A stretch of 64,000 nt of DNA from Octopus bimaculoides (Eukaryota). This document shows positions 60,633 through 64,000 of the stretch, one piece after another (the stretch's first letter is position 1; every line of letters begins with the position of its first letter). The notes beneath the pieces were generated by a model, which worked only from the letters and a program-made list of their open reading frames with translations, searched no databases and was not told the DNA's origin. The stretch spans positions 6,016,727-6,080,726 of the forward strand of contig NC_069001.1 of NCBI RefSeq assembly GCF_001194135.2, given 5' to 3'. The position numbers and the translations under genes are program-made.

Positions 60633-62261
60633 GCACAAACCCACACACACATATGTATGTTTACAGATATACATACACATATTAACGTATGTTAATATAT
60701 ATGTTAATATGATGATTCTCTGATTGTGTGTTTGTATGTGTGTATGTGTGTGTGTGAGTGTGTGCGTGCGTGCGTGCGAGCGTGTGTGTGTTTGAGTGTG
60801 CTACTATTATGATGCGGCTTGATGAAAGAATGAAATTCATAGTTAATCGGTTCGATAGCTAAATAGAAAAATTATTACATAGTTGTTACCGCTATTATGT
60901 TGCTTGATTTTCCAGCTCGTCAGATGTTTTATCAATACTCAATGAAAGTGCCATAAAACATGTTTGTTTTCGTGTCCCCAGTATCTCGATATTGGTATAA
61001 GTATGTGGTATTTTTCAGCCAATCTTAAAAGACAACATATTCCATAATTCACCATAATATATTTATGTTAACTTCTTTCCTCTCCAATATTGGAACCAGA
61101 ATATTAAGTTTTGTTTATCTCTACAAGTGGGAGGACAAAATGTGGGTTGATGCATTGCACTAAGGTTGAAGACTTTGTTTAAATTTATGTGTGTGGTTAT
61201 AGCTATTAATTATTGTTATGACGGAGGCGATATTTTCGCTGCAGGTGTATCTAACTTTGACGTTATTTTGTTGAAGAATGTACGATATTTTGCAGTTATT
61301 ATCGAAATATTTCCCCAATCACAAATGCTATAAACTCTCAGTAGCTATTTCTACATAGCTGCCAAACCAATTAGCTAGAACTCCCTACTCCCACACGTTA
61401 GAATTATTATCGTTTCCACGGCAATATGTGTTATAAAAGCCACCGAAGTCACTCTGACGTAACTGACCAATATCAATCAAAACAGAATATTAAGAGGCTT
61501 AGAAGCCTGATATTAGGATATGAATCTCACTCGCAGTGAAAAAACTGAGTGCCGACAAAGAGGAGCAGATTGGGGGAAAATTGGCGTTTTATATTTTGTC
61601 ACAATTATTTATAATGCCTCTTTGGTCCAGATATTTAACTAATATAAGGCTCACTCCACCAAACTGTAAAAAGGCACCATAGGATAGTATATCTTATGGA
61701 TGTGAACAACAGGAGCACGTCATTAATTCTAGCTTATTCCGCCCAGCTGTAAGTATGTATCATGAGATAGTTACTCTAGCAGCTTCGTGATACGGTAGAA
61801 TAGTATATCTCACTGCTGTGTGCAACAACATCACAACAGACATAATGAGACAATGAAGTAGCCGTTCTGTCTGGAAATATCAGTCAAAATTTCCCACAAA
61901 TCTCACTTTACTGTCTTAAAAAAAGAAGAACACATAGGACAATGTTGTCCAAAATGCACCGTCGTAATAATAAGACAGGAGGCTCAGGACAGTACACGAA
62001 CCTATGTTTGTGCTCTTATAATGTAAACAATACCGAGATAGTTTTTTTCTTTTCCCCTTGAAATCCTAACATTCATTCCTGGAGATGTTTTATCTGAGTA
62101 GAATAAAATACCAAAAATGGACAAAAATCGGATTCATGAAACGAATGAATACGTAACTAAGGATGACCTTATTTAGACAATGATGGTGACGACTATGTCA
62201 ATTAAGATAATGATGATGAAGATGTCTACTACATTAATCTGTTTCTCTTTTGGTATTTCAG

Positions 62262-62397
62262 CCGCAACAAGAATGATAGCGAAGAACGTTTATTTCAAGA
62301 CAGCAAAAAGTTCGCTACAAAACTGATGCGGCGCTGGGGAGGACGAAGCATGTGTGAGGAATTCGTTATTATTCTATATTCCAAAGCTGATAATGTC
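62262..62397 (+). CDS. molo-1: MOLO-1-like protein, third coding exon (gene continues beyond window)
   Basis: Acceptor TTTCAG|C completes the phase-2 Val codon. Encodes RNKNDSEERLFQDSKKFATKLMRRWGGRSMCEEFVIILYSKADNV, the TPM-type FA..L...W.....C...V.IL.S..D pattern. Donor GTC|GTAAGT at 62398 (phase 0). Absent from the ORF track. Confidence 0.87.
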
Positions 62398-62767
62398 GTA
62401 AGTATACAGTCTGATAACAAATGTTGATAAAGTAATATTAGTGAAGAGCCTGCATAGGTCTACCCTGGGTATACTTTTCTGCGTGGGTAGAAGAAAACGT
62501 GGAGATAGCATTTTTGTTGTTTTGGACGTGGCAGAGTAATCCGGGTCTTTGTACGGGTTTCCATCCAAACTACAACCCCAGATGGTTTTCTTCTTACCCC
62601 TATTAGAACCTTTCTTATCAATAATGCCATTTTATTGTATCTTTTGTTTTTGTTAGCTTCTTACCCTAGACCGTAGATCCCACTTTGCGTGGTTGCATTT
62701 CGTCCCTGTATTCTCGTCAATGACTTCGGGCCATTAAAAAATATTATCATCATCATCATCATCATCA

Positions 62768-62848
<81 letters not shown>

Positions 62849-63960
62849 NNNNNNNNNNNNNNNNNNNNNNNNNNNNNNNNNNNNNNNNNNNNNNNNNNNN
62901 NNNNNNNNNNNNNNNNNNNNNNNNNNNNNNNNNNNNNNNNNNNNNNNNNNNNNNNNNNNNNNNNNNNNNNNNNNNNNNNNNNNNNNNNNNNNNNNNNNNN
63001 NNNNNNNNNNNNNNNNNNNNNNNNNNNNNNNNNNNNNNNNNNNNNNNNNNNNNNNNNNNNNNNNNNNNNNNNNNNNNNNNNNNNNNNNNNNNNNNNNNNN
63101 NNNNNNNNNNNNNNNNNNNNNNNNNNNNNNNNNNNNNNNNNNNNNNNNNNNNNNNNNNNNNNNNNNNNNNNNNNNNNNNNNNNNNNNNNNNNNNNNNNNN
63201 NNNNNNNNNNNNNNNNNNNNNNNNNNNNNNNNNNNGGGGGGGGGGGGTTAAGATAGTGATGATGATGATGATGATGATGATGATTATGATGGTGGTAGTG
63301 GTGGTGATGACGATGAGAAGGTCGACGACGACGACAATTATCACGATGGTGATATGTTATCATCATCATTGTCATCATCATCATGACGATGACGATGAGG
63401 AGGACGGTTATGGCGGTTGAGGTGTTCTCGGTCCTGGTGATACTATGACGGTGGTGGTGGCGATGTTAAAGTTCATGGAGGTGACGGCGATGATGATACT
63501 TACTGGAGTGGTTAGGAAGGGGGGGGAGGATTGTGAACAGGCGTAACAAGAGAAGGTGGCGAAGCAGGAGGGCTTAGATGATGCGGATGATATCAATAGC
63601 GTTAAATCGAATTCTCTGATGTAATTTTTGAAAATCGTACATACACACATACATACAAATATATACGTGTGTGTGTGTGTGTATACACACGCAAATACAT
63701 ACATACATACATACATACATACATACTTGTAATTTTGTGTGTACAATTATTGGAAACCTTTATATAAATTTATCTACATAGTGAATCAAGCATAAATGTG
63801 TGTGTATGTGTGTGTGTGTGTATGTGTGTGTGTCTGTGTCTGTGTGTGCGTGTGTATGTGTATGAATGTGTGTCTCTAGGTATATGGGTGAGTGAAAGAG
63901 GTTAGGATAAAATGTGTGCGCGTGCATACACACGCATACATACACATGCATACACACACG

Positions 63961-64000
<40 letters not shown>

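Larger units (their letters stand above)
43895..62261 (+). other. Intron (~18.4 kb, phase 2)
   Basis: GTAAGT at 43895 and AG at 62260-62261; phase compatible. Confidence 0.8.

Noticed and set aside
1-64000. Most ORFs in the supplied track (poly-H/T/Y/I/C/V, LS, X-rich)
   Set aside because: They are translations of microsatellites or run through N gaps, with no domain-like sequence or splice logic.

Overview
Eukaryotic, AT-rich animal genomic DNA from a gappy draft assembly, saturated with microsatellites and tRNA-derived SINEs. The SINE families and repeat landscape point to Octopus (coleoid cephalopod); this is an inference, not a database result. Almost all of the supplied ORF track is microsatellite or N-gap artefact. 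One real protein-coding gene can be assembled by hand on the + strand from three phase-compatible exons (13950-14148, 43768-43894, 62262-62397). Together they give 462 nt / 154 aa across 48.4 kb, and the gene continues beyond the window. The product has a signal peptide and a Cys-rich TPM domain with the hallmarks of the MOLO-1 family; C. elegans MOLO-1 is an auxiliary subunit of a nicotinic acetylcholine receptor. The introns hold a layered mobile-element record: several SINE families with swapped tails, a 5'-truncated R4/Dong-like retroelement in an (ATT)n tract 57 nt upstream of exon 2, an older RT+RLE fossil, a maT/DD37D-like transposase remnant, a pogo-type MITE and a 185-bp TG...CA insert with a 5-bp TSD. 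Upstream of the gene are an unexplained higher-order satellite, a disrupted orphan ORF followed by a 17-bp hairpin, and candidate promoter or first-exon sequence.
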